Positions 13,306-24,444 of a DNA stretch of 64,000 bases are shown here, one piece after another (the stretch's first letter is position 1; the number at the start of each line of letters is the position of its first letter). The translations under genes and the position numbers were made by a program. The notes below the pieces were generated by a model. The model was not told the DNA's origin. It searched no databases and saw only the letters and a program-made list of their open reading frames with translations. This stretch comes from Lama guanicoe (Eukaryota). Location of the stretch: assembly GCA_013239625.1 (NCBI GenBank), contig MU054001.1, forward strand, positions 2,114,151 to 2,178,150. Reading direction: 5' to 3'.

Positions 13306-14709
13306 AAACGATCAGGGCGCCCACTGAGTCTATGCTATGTCTGTGCAGGTAGTGTGACGTGGCAGAGGGGGTGAGAAATCATACTGATTCTGGTGACACG
13401 CCATCTCTGGGGAATTTAGACAGTCAATCCTTTTCTACTCGAAAAGTAGGCTTTTTTTCCTAATTTATTCTGACCTGAAGAATTACATCCTTTTATGTAG
13501 ACAAAGTGTTATTTAGGGATTTCCAATATGCCACCTTGGTTTTGCTGTTTACATAGATGAAAAGTGGCTTTTGTAGATTTTCTTTTTGACATACTATGAT
13601 CTGTCAACATTTAATAATAAAAAAAAAGACTTATTTTGACCAAGACAGCTCTTCAATTCAGTCAAGCAACTAATTTGACAGATTCTCTCCCTCCCTCTAC
13701 CAGAGTGACAGGCTGTTTGCCAATTTGATCTAACTGACTAAATGTTTTGGTACCTTGTCGACCCAGACTCAAGTGGTTTTTTTCCTTTGCCATTCGTACG
13801 GAAAAAGGTAGTGAATCTGAAGAAACAGGGTGATCCTGGTGAAATGACGTTGTTGTTTTTGTGTTTGCTTTTTAATTTGGTCCTTTGAGGGCTTAAGATC
13901 CAAAGGGTGTAGAGAAGACCTAGGAGAAGAGATTGGAAGATGATTCCTGAATGGAACTGGGTAATTAGGTATTGCGCTCAGAGGTTGGGGTTATCGATTA
14001 GAAAGTGTGGGGAACTTAAAAATAACTTGGCCCTGGGGACCCCTCCCCAGAATATGGGACAGCCTGAAATTGTTTTAGGAAAGCCCTACTTGTCTCTGAT
14101 TTCTGTACCCACTGCTCTGCTTCGACCAGAATAGTGGACACTTAATTTCTCTGGCCTCCCAGTATTTATCCCTAATTCTTTAAGAAGCAATTCCTTACTT
14201 TTCTTTTGGAGAATCATCTGTCTCCGACTCAGTGTAGTCTTGCTTTGTTGGACTTAAATCAGATTACCCTTCCCTCTTTCTCCCTGGTCAAAAGGTGGGT
14301 CCCTGCTCTCCTGGGACTTGGAATCTTAAGCATTTTAAGGTCAAATTATGTATTAGGAGCTCATTCATTATAGTGGGGGAGATAAGAGAAGAGATTACGT
14401 TACTCCTGCTATCCAGACCCCCAGTCCTTCCTGCTTTCTGTACTTCTCTGAGCTTGGTTCTCTAGCCTTCCCCTCAAGCCCCTAACCCTAACCCCTTCCT
14501 CATATTATTCGAATGCATTCCTTTTCTGACTAAGTTAGTCAAATTCTATTTCTGTGACTTGCAAACAAAGATGGGGACTGTCACTACTGGTTGAGCAGCC
14601 AATAGGCATTCTCCCCTCTATGCTCTGTGCTTGCAGGTCTACCTCACACAATAGAGTCAGATTATATATTCACTTCTGTGGCATCTCATGAAGTTAGGTA
14701 AGGGGTGGC

Positions 14710-15121
14710 TGTGTTCATTTGCCATGGTTTCTGTGACAATGTACCACAAATGAGGTGGCTTTAATCACAAATGTATTGTCTCATATTTCTGAAAGCTGGA
14801 AGTCCAGGATCAAGGTGTCAGCAGGGCCTATTCCTTTTGAGAGCTGTGAAGGAAGGATCTTCTACAGGGCTTCTCTTGGCTTCTAGATGACTGTCTTCTT
14901 CCTGTATCTTTGCATCATCTTTCTGCTGTCTGTGTATGTGTTCAAATTCCCTCTTCTTGTAAGGACACTGGTTGTATTGGGTTAGGAGAGACCCTAGGAA
15001 CCTCACTTTAATTTGATTACATCTGTTAAGCCCTTATCTCCAAATAAGGTCACACTCTGAGATACTGGGGGTTAAGACTTAAACACATGAATTTTGGGGA
15101 GTCACAAATCAACCCTTAACA
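14710..15121 (-). mobile_element. MLT1 (A-C type) solo LTR
   Basis: TG...CA termini, 5-bp TSD GTGGC/GTGGT, internal GCTGGAAGTCCAGGATCAAGGTGTCAGCAGG and CTCCAAATAAGGTCACACTCTGAG. Confidence 0.9.
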
Positions 15122-15480
15122 GTGGTCAAGTGACACAATACTGGCCAATGAGGCACAAAGTGAATTCTATTTCTGGAAGGAATTTTCCTGCCTGGTTACA
15201 GAGAGAGATGTACAAAGAAAGGGCCTTTTCTCTCCCTTCCTTCTTTGAATGCTGTTGTGTTAGGATGCAATACCCAGGGCTATGGTAGCTATCTTGAGAT
15301 CATGAGGTAATAAGCTACAGGTTGAAAATCTACATGTGGAGGATGGTGGAATGAAAGGAAGGAAAAAAAATAATATGGCTCCCTGATACAATGCTGAACC
15401 ATCTCAGAACATCTAGCTCCAAACTTAGATATGTGAGACAATAGAATGCTTTATTATTTAAACTCCTGTTACTTGTTACA
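15122..15480 (+). mobile_element. Older MLT1 (J/K-like) LTR, interrupted by the MLT1 at 14710-15121
   Basis: GTGACACAATACTGGCCAATGAG, GGTAGCTATCTTGAGATCATGAGG, and ATGTGAGACAATAG...TTATTTAAAC. Confidence 0.65.
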
Positions 15481-15999
15481 TTCTTCCTTGAGATAGAACC
15501 CTCCCCACATTCAATAAATCTTCTATGGTTTATGCCCTCACCCCTTTCCTCATCTTTTTCATATCACAGGTTGTTAATTTATTCAGGGTGCAAATGTCTG
15601 ATGATAATGTTTCAAGATCATCCAATTGGGTCACTTCTACCTCATCTACTGCACAAATTCCTCATGACAACCTGGTCAGTGGCAGAAGAAACCCACAACT
15701 AAGTGTCTGTTGCATTAGATCACCTCACTCCTGGGATGTTCAATCCATTCCCTTGCCAATTCCATGTTATTGGAGACATGGTAGACACCAACATGAAGAC
15801 TGGGAAGGAGTGGGGGCATGAGACAGGCTCCTGGACAGCTAGCCTTTATTAGGATTTCTTCTCCTTTTATGTTTTATTTAATTAGAACTATTCATTTATT
15901 CAAATCACTCTCCTACGGGGAAGACCTGATCAAAGACCATGGCTGCATCAAGGACAGAAGACATGAGAAAAATGATTAAAATCACTCTGGGAACAGCAA

Positions 16000-16112
16000 A
16001 GTACTTACCTGGCAAGATTGTTATGAGGATTAAGTGAGTAGATAGATGTAAAGCACTTAGGACAGGGCCTGGCACATAGTAATGCTATGTAAGAATTGCT
16101 ATGTGAGTATTA
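16000..16112 (+). mobile_element. MIR 3' fragment
   Basis: GATTGTTATGAGGATTAAGTGAG...ATGTAAAGCACTTAGGACAGGGCCTGGCACATAGTAAATGCT. Confidence 0.85.
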
Positions 16113-16204
16113 ACAATTAATGTGCAGTTTATTATGCTGCTGATTATTTATATCCTTAAGGGAGGGCTGGGACATTTCTACATAATGTACAATAGCTCGG
16201 GGTT

Positions 16205-16367
16205 GCAGTTTCCAAATTTGACCACGCATCAAAATCCACTCGAGACAAAGTGCTGCCCGACCCTACCGAATCAGAACTCAGGTTGAGGCTCTAGAAATCA
16301 GCAGTTTTAGACTGTTTCCCATGTGATTCTGATGCATCCAGCCTCACACTGTATTTAGAAATCATTG
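16205..16367. mobile_element. MER5-like hAT MITE
   Basis: CCTACCGAATCAGAACTC...AAATCAGCAGTTTTA...CCCATGTGATTCTGATGCA. Confidence 0.7.
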
Positions 16368-16934
16368 GTGGGCTGAGGCCGGTGGCTAATTCTTGTACCA
16401 GGTCTCACATAGTGGCAGGAATCATGGAAAAACCCAGAAGGATCATTGAATCTTGCCCTTCATTTTGTAGACAGATGGGAAGGTTGGAGACCAGAGAGGC
16501 TGAGTGATTTACCAAAGTTGCAAAGTTAGTGGCAGAGATGGGACTTAAACTCTTACCTGGAACTTTTCCTTTGAGTTTCTTTTCTATCCTCTTATCCCCT
16601 TCTAAGCTATATGCTCACAGAAGGCAGGGTGGGCTTATCTTCTTTGTAGTCCTCCTGCCACAGTGATGTCCAGAGCAGAGGAGGATTCCAATATATCTGT
16701 TTGATGGTGAACAAACTGTACTGAAATCATCTTCTTCTGCCTCCTGGACTCCTATTCCCTAAGAGCTCAGTTTTGTGGCAAGCGGAGTCTTACATGTTCT
16801 GTGCTGATGGGGAGAAAGGGAGGTTGGGTCCTCTGTTACCGGCTGCAGACTGATTCCTCAGGACTTCTGGGATTCTCATTGATGGAAACTTTTCCTTGCT
16901 GCCTCCTGATAGCAAGACGTCTTGCCTAGAACTT

Positions 16935-17370
16935 TACCTTGGCCAAGATGCTTCAGGTTTAAGGTTATAGAACCCAGTTTGAGCTGACTTAAGTAGGAAG
17001 GAGGATTTATTGAAAGGAGATGAGCATATCTCATAGAGACCAAGGGCCTCAGGGTGAACCAAGTCCAGGAATTGGAAAACCATCAGGGTCTCAGGCAGCC
17101 ATGTCATCATCTTGTGGCTCTCTTCTTTCCCTGAGCTATCCCCTTCTCCAACTGCAAAGTCCAAGATGATCAGGCCATAATTTCAAAGATTGTCCCCTCT
17201 TCCCAAATCCCTCAGTTCTGGGCATAGGGAGAGCTTGTCTCTAGCTGCCTCTAGGTCACAATTACAGATTTCTTAGAGAGGGAATTCATTTGGCCCAAGT
17301 CAGGCCAAGGGTCCATCTGTGCTTGGATTAACTCTGGTTAGGGATCCTGGGGTCACAGAACACCAATGGA
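16935..17370 (-). mobile_element. Old MaLR LTR (MLT1-like)
   Basis: TGACTTAAGTAGGAAGGAGGATTTATTGAAAGG and GAGAGGGAATTCATTTGGCCCAAG motifs. Confidence 0.5.
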
Positions 17371-17405
17371 AGTGTCAGAGTACTTGTGAGCAAAGTGTAG
17401 TTCTT

Positions 17406-17635
17406 TTTTTTTAATTGTATTTTTTAAAAAATGTTTAAAATTTTATACAATTTTTAAAGGTTGCCTTCCATTTACAGTTATTTCAAAATAGTGGCTATGT
17501 TCCTCACGTTGTCAACACATCCTTGAGCCTGTCTTATACCCAATAGTTTGTGCCTCCCACTCCCCACCCCTAGACTGGTCCTTTCCCCTTCTCCCTACTG
17601 GTAACTACCAGTTTGTTCTCTATGTCCGTGAGTCT
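17406..17635 (-). mobile_element. 5'-truncated L1 3' end
   Basis: Poly-T, then CCCTACTGGTAACTACCAGTTTGTTCTCTATGTCCGTGAGTCTG; imperfect TSD GCAAAGTGTAGTTCTT/GCAAAGTGGATTCTT. Confidence 0.85.
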
Positions 17636-17667
17636 GCAAAGTGGATTCTTATAGATAATTTGGGGGC

Positions 17668-17669
<2 letters not shown>

Positions 17670-17698
<29 letters not shown>

Positions 17699-17721
17699 AC
17701 AGAGAGAGATAGAGAGAGAGA
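17670..17721. repeat. Compound (TG)n-(AG)n microsatellite
   Basis: About 14 TG units followed by an AG tract. Confidence 0.95.
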
Positions 17722-18214
17722 AAGACAGCGAGCTGGCAGACTCTCTAAACAGTATCTCTGAGAGATGTGTTTGTCAACTCTGCTGCGAAAACAAACAGCC
17801 CTCAAACCCCAACGACTTCCCACAATAAACATTTCTATCCCACTTGACATGTGCTGTGGCTCTGTGCCATGTGTCTTCCCAGCCAGGGCCCAGGTGGAGG
17901 GAGCAGTCCTTTTTGGGGAAATGTCTTTTCTTGTCACAAAGAGAAAAGAACAAGAGGCTGAGCCAACCTGTGCACCTGCTCTGAAAGCTCCCCCTTGGAC
18001 GTGGCTCAGCTCAGGTCTGCTCACAGTCCGTTGGCCAAAGAAACCATCCCTCCCACCCAAGCCTTACATCGGGGCTGGGGGGAGTGGGGCGCACACCACC
18101 TCCAGGAAGGCTCTGCAGGTTTCTGGCTGCTGGTCAGGCAGTAGGATCCTCCACCAGGGCAGGATTCGAGTTAATGGGAATAATCACACAGTTGGCTAAA
18201 ACAGGTTGTCACAA

Positions 18215-18432
18215 TGGCAATGGTAATTGACCTTTAACAAGTGCTTAGAATGTGCTAAACACTGTGCTGAGAGCTTTATGCAAATTGCCTCATTTAATTA
18301 TCCCAATAACCTTATGAGATAACCACTATTATCCTCACTTTACCTATGAGAAAATGCAAGCCGAGAGAGGTTAAACAACTTGCCTCCCACTAGGTACCAG
18401 AGAATGGGATGCTCAGATTCAAACTGAGGTGC
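18215..18432 (-). mobile_element. MIR
   Basis: CTCATTTAATTATCCCAATAACCTTATGAGATAA...ATGAGAAAATGCAAGCCGAGAGAGGTTAAACAACTTGCC. Confidence 0.85.
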
Positions 18433-18448
18433 TCCAGGGGGTGCCACC

Positions 18449-19132
18449 TGTGTCAGACTCCTCCAGCTGCTGACAAATTACTACAAGCTTGGTGGCAACT
18501 TAAAACAACACAGATCTGTTATCTTATTGTTCTGCAGGTCAGCACTCTGACATGGGTCTTGCTGGGCTAAAATCAAGGTGTTGAGAGGAGGGTATAGTTC
18601 GGTTGTAGAGTGCATACCTAGCATACACAAGGTCCTGGGTTCAGTCCCCAGTACTGCCATTAAAACAAACAAACAAACAAACAAACAAACCTAATTGCCT
18701 CCTCCCCTCCAAAAAAATTAAAAAATAAATAAAATCAAGATGTCAGCAGGGCTGAGTTCTTTTCTGGAGGCTTTAGTGGAGAACCCATTTCCTCCCACTT
18801 TCCAACTTCTAGAAGCTTCTCCCCATTTTTTGATACATGGTCCTTTCCTCCATCTTTAAATCAGCAGTGATATGCTGAGCCCTCACATCGTATCACTCCG
18901 ACCTTGCTTCCACTGTCATGTCTACCTCTCTGACTTTCTCTTCTGCCTCCCTCTTCCACATTTAAGGACCTCCATGATTACATGGTGCCCACCCAGATAA
19001 TCCAGGTAGCCTCTCTCTCTAGGTTGCTACCCATATCTGCAAAGTCCCATTTGCCACGTAAGGAAACATATTCACAGGTTCTCGGGGTTAGGATGTGGAC
19101 ATGTTCGGAGGACTGCTTTTCTGCCTACCATA
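18449..19132 (-). mobile_element. MLT1D-like solo LTR carrying a SINE insertion
   Basis: 5-bp TSD CCACC/TCACC; CTTAAAACAACAC, CCCACCCAGATAATCCAGG, CATCTGCAAAGTCCC-like and CATATTCACAGGTTCT motifs. Confidence 0.88.
18582..18729 (+). mobile_element. tRNA-Ala-derived SINE (Vic-1-like)
   Basis: GGAGGGTATAGTTCGGTTGTAGAGTGCATACCTAGCATACACAAGGTCCTGGGTTCAGTCCCCAGTAC, (AAAC)n tail; TSD TAAAATCAAGGTGT/TAAAATCAAGATGT. Confidence 0.93.
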
Positions 19133-19899
19133 TCACCCTTCCTTGGGTGCTACATGCGGCCTCCAAGAAACTCCTCGAAAAAAGGCAACGATAACTACCC
19201 CTTCCACTTCTGTTTACACTGATGTCCCCATAAATCAAGCCCATTGGTGCTTGATGCACAAATTAAGGAGAGGCTGTAATTCAGGGAATCAATGTAGAGC
19301 TCAAAGCTGATCATCTATTTGCTGGTTATGAAGGAGAGAGCGAGCCTATTGCTGGCTCTTAAAGTAGAAAAAGCAACGAATTTCATTACTAGTGTTCCTG
19401 GCATGATGCCATAATTAATATATGGTAACAATATTACAAAGAACGAAAACATACAGTTATGCTCTTAAAAATGTCAACATGAAAAGTAAACTTAATAAAA
19501 GATAGGCACAGGAACATACATAACAAAGATTATCTTTAATAATGAAATTATTTATGATCAAACATTTTTACTTAATTTCAGTTCAATTCTAAAATAGTCA
19601 CAGTAATGTCAAGATTAAATATTAATGCTAACAGAAACAACCTAATTGGGAGGTTATTAAAGCTTCAAATTAAGTTTCTTTTTCTTTTCCCAATCAAAAA
19701 GTTCTGCCTAGAATGGTATCAGGGGATTTCTAGCACATGTGTTTTATTAACATTGATTTGCTGGGCTGAGAGAAGGGCTACGTCAGAAGAGGTTTAATCC
19801 TGAATTCCTAGGTGATATTAATGAGACATTTTCTCATCAGTGGAGTGGTTACAACTCATGGCTTTCTTGGTGCAGAGTTCGTTGTTGCTTGGAGTATAA

Positions 19900-20434
19900 C
19901 AAGTTATTGTTTGCTGCCTATTAAACCACTCCCAAATTTAGCACAACCGTCTTATTGTGCACAATTCTGTCACCATTTCTGCTGGGCTTTCGCCGATCTG
20001 TCTCATCGGGGGTCACTTACGGTTGCCTGACTGGTTGTCTAAGATGGCAAACTCGTGTGTTTGGTGTTTGGTGCTTGGCTATCGTGGGAGCACATGTCTT
20101 TGAGAGGCTAGGTTAGGCTCTGCTGGGTTCCAAAAACAGCAAGAAAGAGAGGAAGAGACAGAGACAGAGACAGAGACAGAGGGATTGAGACAGAGACAGA
20201 GAGAACCCTACTTCAAAAGAACTTTTCAAGCCTCTGCCTGTAAGGTAACATATTCACAGGTTCTGGGGATTAGGATGAACTTGTGAATATGGTACCTTAC
20301 AAGTTTACTGGCAACCCACTGGCCAAAGCAAGTTGCATGACGAGCCAACAGTCACAGTGAGAGGAACTACATAGGAGCGTAGGTGTAAGGAGGCGTGATT
20401 CCTTGATGTCCATGATTGTATCCATCTGCCACAT
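19900..20434 (-). mobile_element. MLT1F/G-like LTR
   Basis: TTGCTGCCTATTAAACCACTCCCAAATTTAG at the start; CCACTGGCCAAAGCAAGTTGCATG and a CCACA end; internal (GAGACA)n. Confidence 0.7.
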
Positions 20435-20869
20435 GGGGAATGGTCTAACACATATTTAGCATCCTCTTGAGATAAATGACACAGGAAAGGTGTGAATGTT
20501 TTGTCCCTCCTCCCCACGTCCTAGTGATGTCGTTGTCCCCAAGAAAAAGGCCATACACATTTCAGTCATTCAGCAATAAACTCCCTGTAAAAGTTTCTGC
20601 TAGTTTCTCAAAAGCTTTGGGCAGAGGTGGAGACCCTATGGTTAATGAATCATGAATTGTTGAATTCTCGTGGTAAGCTGAGATGCATTTAGTACCCACT
20701 TCACTCAATAGGACCCTACCCTGAGCCAGCCCCTCAGGAGTCTGTGTCATTACTTTACAGTGGCAGAACCCAGATTCACAGCGTGCTTCTGCAGAGCTGT
20801 GTACGTGCATTTCTATGCACCTGGCGGTGCTCTGACAGATTTTCTCCCTCCTTACCCTGTTGATTCCTG

Positions 20870-21570
20870 AGAGGATTGTTGAGATCGCCAACTACAATTG
20901 TAGATTTGTCTCTTTTCCAGTTCTGTCAGGTCTGTGTTACGTATTTCGAAGCTCTGTTATTGGGCATATACATTTGGAATTGTCAGAGCTTCACGACTTA
21001 CCTTTTTATCACTAGATGTTAGGTGTAATATCTGTGATAATATTAGAAATATCGCTAGAAGACTCCAGGTGATAATCCTGTTCTGAAGTCTGCTTTGTCT
21101 AATATTAATAAAGTCACTCCAGATTTCATCTGACTAGCGTCTGCACATCTTTTTCCTATTCCTTCATTTTTAACCTAACGGTAGTTCTTGCCTCTGGCTG
21201 CTTTGGGGATTCTTTTTTTTTTTAATGGTTGGCTTTCAGCAATTGACTTTGGTATCTTGGAACAGTTATCTTTTATTTTCTTTTTTAAATTGAAGTCTAG
21301 TCAGTCCACAATGCTGTGTTAATTTCTGGTGTACAGTATAGCGATTCAGTTATACATATACACACATATATTCCTTTTCATATTCTTTTTCATTATCACA
21401 AGGTACTGAATATAGTTCCCTGTGCTCTACAGCAGGCCCTTGCTGTTTATCTGTTTTGTAGATAGTAGCTAGTATCTTGGTGCAGTTTTCTTGAAGTTCA
21501 TTCTGCTCTTGTTTCATTGAGCTTCTTGAATCTGCAGGCTTTTGACCTCTGAATGAATTTTCTTTCTTTG
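20870..21570 (-). mobile_element. Old L1M internal fragment
   Basis: ACAATTGTAGATTTGTC...TATTTCGAAGCTCTGTTATTGGGCATATACATTTGGAATTG...GTCTAATATTAATAAAG, typical of the antisense ORF2 5' region. Confidence 0.7.
21273..21470 (-). mobile_element. Younger L1 3' end nested in old L1M
   Basis: TTTAAATTGAAGTCTAGTCAG...GAATATAGTTCCCTGTGCT; TSD GTATCTTGGAACAGTTATCTT/GTATCTTGGTGCAGTTTTCTT. Confidence 0.88.
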
Positions 21571-22058
21571 TCAATATCTTTAGTTTAAAAATTGATAGTT
21601 GACAAGCAAATCATAAACAGATTTTGAATTTGCCAAGACACAAAAGAACAGAATATTGATTGACTAATTCTGGTTGGGACAGAAACAATGAGTGTGGTAA
21701 AATCCAGGAGGATTCAGTCAATCTAGGGATCCAAAATTTTCTATCAGGAATTGGGGTAGCTGGCTCTTGTTCCTACATCTGCCGTTTATGTGCTGTGTCA
21801 ACTTGGGCAAGTCACTGCCCTTTAGTGTCTCACTTTGTCTATCTTGAAAGTGAGGAATTTGGGTCTTCTGAAGCCCTTTCCAACCCCTACATTTCAGTAT
21901 TTCGTGATTTAACGCAACCTTTTAAAAGTATGCTCCAGAAAACATGAATCTCATGTAATAATGTAGCAAAAAAGGGCCTTCTTGTTCAAAGACATCTGCA
22001 AAACTTTGCATGCTATTGTATTTCATAGCCCTGAAAATGCCATTAAATGAGTACATAC

Positions 22059-22561
22059 CATTACTTTATGCTCAACAAAGACAGACAAACTGCTGCTAAG
22101 CCATGAAACAACTCTTTCTTAGTGCTTTGGATTTTTACTTTATATTAATTGAAAGAGTTGTCAAATATTTATGTAGAGGTATATATATTTTATCATGACC
22201 ACATTTGAATATACCTAAAGAAGAAAATTTAAGCAAATTAAATTGCTTAAGTTTCCTTTTTGTTGAATTTGACTCTTGTGCATCATTTGTTTGACTCTGA
22301 GAGTCACCGGTGTTTGTGTTTTTCCACAAGGTACCTTCTTCTATGTCATCAAGAGTTTGGGTAATGCAACATTTCTTAAAAACATGCTCCACTATTGTCT
22401 CTGGAATTTTCTTCCAAGCCACTGACACCTACTGTGCAAATTTTCATGCATATGTTCTTACACAGCCGTTTTCTGGCTGACTACAATTGTAAGATGCATT
22501 TTGATTTCGGAAATGTTAAAATGTGAAAAAAAATGTGCATTTTGGAATGAAGGAAATATGG
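22059..22561 (-). mobile_element. Tc1/mariner pogo/Tc2-type (Kanga/MER104-related) transposon remnant with a transposase C-terminal fragment
   Basis: ORF 22135-22428(-) begins SVAWKKIPETIVEHVFKKCCI, a pogo-type DDE C-terminal motif; terminus GTGCATTTTGGAATGAAGGAAATATGG followed by TA. Confidence 0.72.
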
Positions 22562-24053
22562 TATAATCCATTCTTGGATATGCATAATGCATGATGCATA
22601 TTTAAGGCTTTGCGATACCCTGCGCTGAAAAATGTCTGTTTCACTGTGTTTATCGCGGTGTCGCCCAAACTTAATTGGCCCTGGATTCTAGGTCCACTCT
22701 TAATATTCTCAGGCCCCTGACAAGAGTGTAAGTGGAGGCCCAGTTACCATAACAAACTGTTATGGAGTCTATACCATATCCTCCTATACTGACAAATATA
22801 CTTTCCTAATTGTGTGTAAATCCTCGTTTGAATTTAGAAGCCTTGGATTTCTTAGATTTCTGCATCGGGAGAGCTCTTCCTTGGCCCCCAGTTCATGGTC
22901 TCTTCTCTCTCCCACATCCCTGGTTGCATGCTAGACTACAAGGAGCCTTTGGTATACCTGTGTGGACACTCCAATAGCACATCCACATTCAAGCTTCCTT
23001 CCTTAGGAGCTTGGGGGCTGTTTGGGAGCACGGATTGTGGGCTAGAAGGAGGGGTGAAAGTTTAAGTAGATATGACCACTTGGACCTGGGACTCCTTGTC
23101 CTGAAAGGCACAGCCGGGGACTGCTGTCACTCAAGACCCAGGTCAGGGTCCTCTCTTGCATGGGTCCAAGGATGGAATGGCTAGAATTTTTTAAATTATG
23201 TAACACTATTAACATCCCATGGAATAAGAACGGTTTCCAACAGCTCCTCTGAGGGTGGCTGGTTCTATTTGTGAATATCCTTATACTTGCTTTTTCTTCC
23301 TTTTTCTCTCATTTTCCCTTCTCCACTCCTTTTTGTTTTAAACCCACTCCTTTAGTTGATTAGTAACAATCTAATTTTTGTATAATACCTTTCCTCCCCT
23401 CCAAGGGCATTCACACCCTTCTCTTTCCCTAACATTCTTAGGAGGAACTGGGGGCAGTAATTAGTACCCTCTTTTAACCATTGAGGAAACAGTGGTGCAG
23501 AGCAGTCAAATGACTGGTCCAGCCACTGAGAACGGTAACTGTGTTTGACAAGACCTCTCACCTGTGCACTATCACTGGCCGAGACCGCTCCCTGCCCCAG
23601 AGGAGAAATCTGTAGGATCTCACCTGTTAAGAGCATGATTGCACGTATGAATGGATCCCTGTGACAAGTCCCTGACTGTAGTAGGATGAGAAGGACTGGA
23701 CCAGGGAGACCAGGGATCAGAAAATAAAGCACAGAGAGAAAGACGATCCCCTTCCTCAGTCGCCTCTATGCCCAAAGCTGTTGCACACAAATCTCGATAG
23801 AAATTCAAGTTAAATGAAAGGAGTTTGTTTTACCATCTGGAATAGTCTCTCAGCCCTCTGAGATGTGTGAAAAGAGGGGCTCTACCAATGGAGTGGAGAG
23901 GAAACCCTGTCAAGTTGGGCCGTGCCGTTCTGCAGAGCATGGCTGAGAAAAGGGGTGTGGTGTGTGTGTGTGTGTGTGTTTCCTTTAAAGATACAAACAA
24001 TAAGCACCCGTTTACAAGGGCAACCCTCTACCCCTACTCCAAGGCAAGCTCTT

Positions 24054-24444
24054 CTTTTTTTTTAATTGAAGTATAGTTGATTTACAATATTGTATAAGTT
24101 TCAGGTATATAACATAGTGATTCAAAATTTCTAAAGACTATACTCCATTTATAGTTATTATAACATAGGGGCTATATTCCCCTTGTTGTGCAGTATATCC
24201 TTGGAACTTATTTATTTTATACATAATAGTTTGTATCTCTTAATCCCCTACCCTGATCAGGCCTTTCCCCCTTTCCTCTCCCCGTTGGTAACCACTAATT
24301 TTTTCGCTATATCTGTGAGTCTGGTTCTTTTTTGTTATATGCACTAGTTTGTTGTCTTTTGTTAGATTCCACAGATGAGTGATACCACACAGTGTTTGTC
24401 TTTCTCTGTTCTGACTTATTTTACTTGGTGCAATGCCCTCCAAG
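24054..24444 (-). mobile_element. 5'-truncated L1 3' end
   Basis: TTTTAATTGAAGTATAGTTGATTTACAAT...TTAGATTCCACAGATGAGTGATACC; perfect 16-bp TSD TCCAAGGCAAGCTCTT (24038-24053, 24445-24460). Confidence 0.95.

Noticed and set aside
14480..14496. Interstitial telomeric repeat (CCCTAA)n
   Set aside because: Only about 2.5 units, within chance expectation.
17620..18199. Overlapping 146-aa and 144-aa ORFs
   Set aside because: The minus-strand ORF runs through the TG/AG microsatellite (THTH, SLSL) and neither resembles a known protein.
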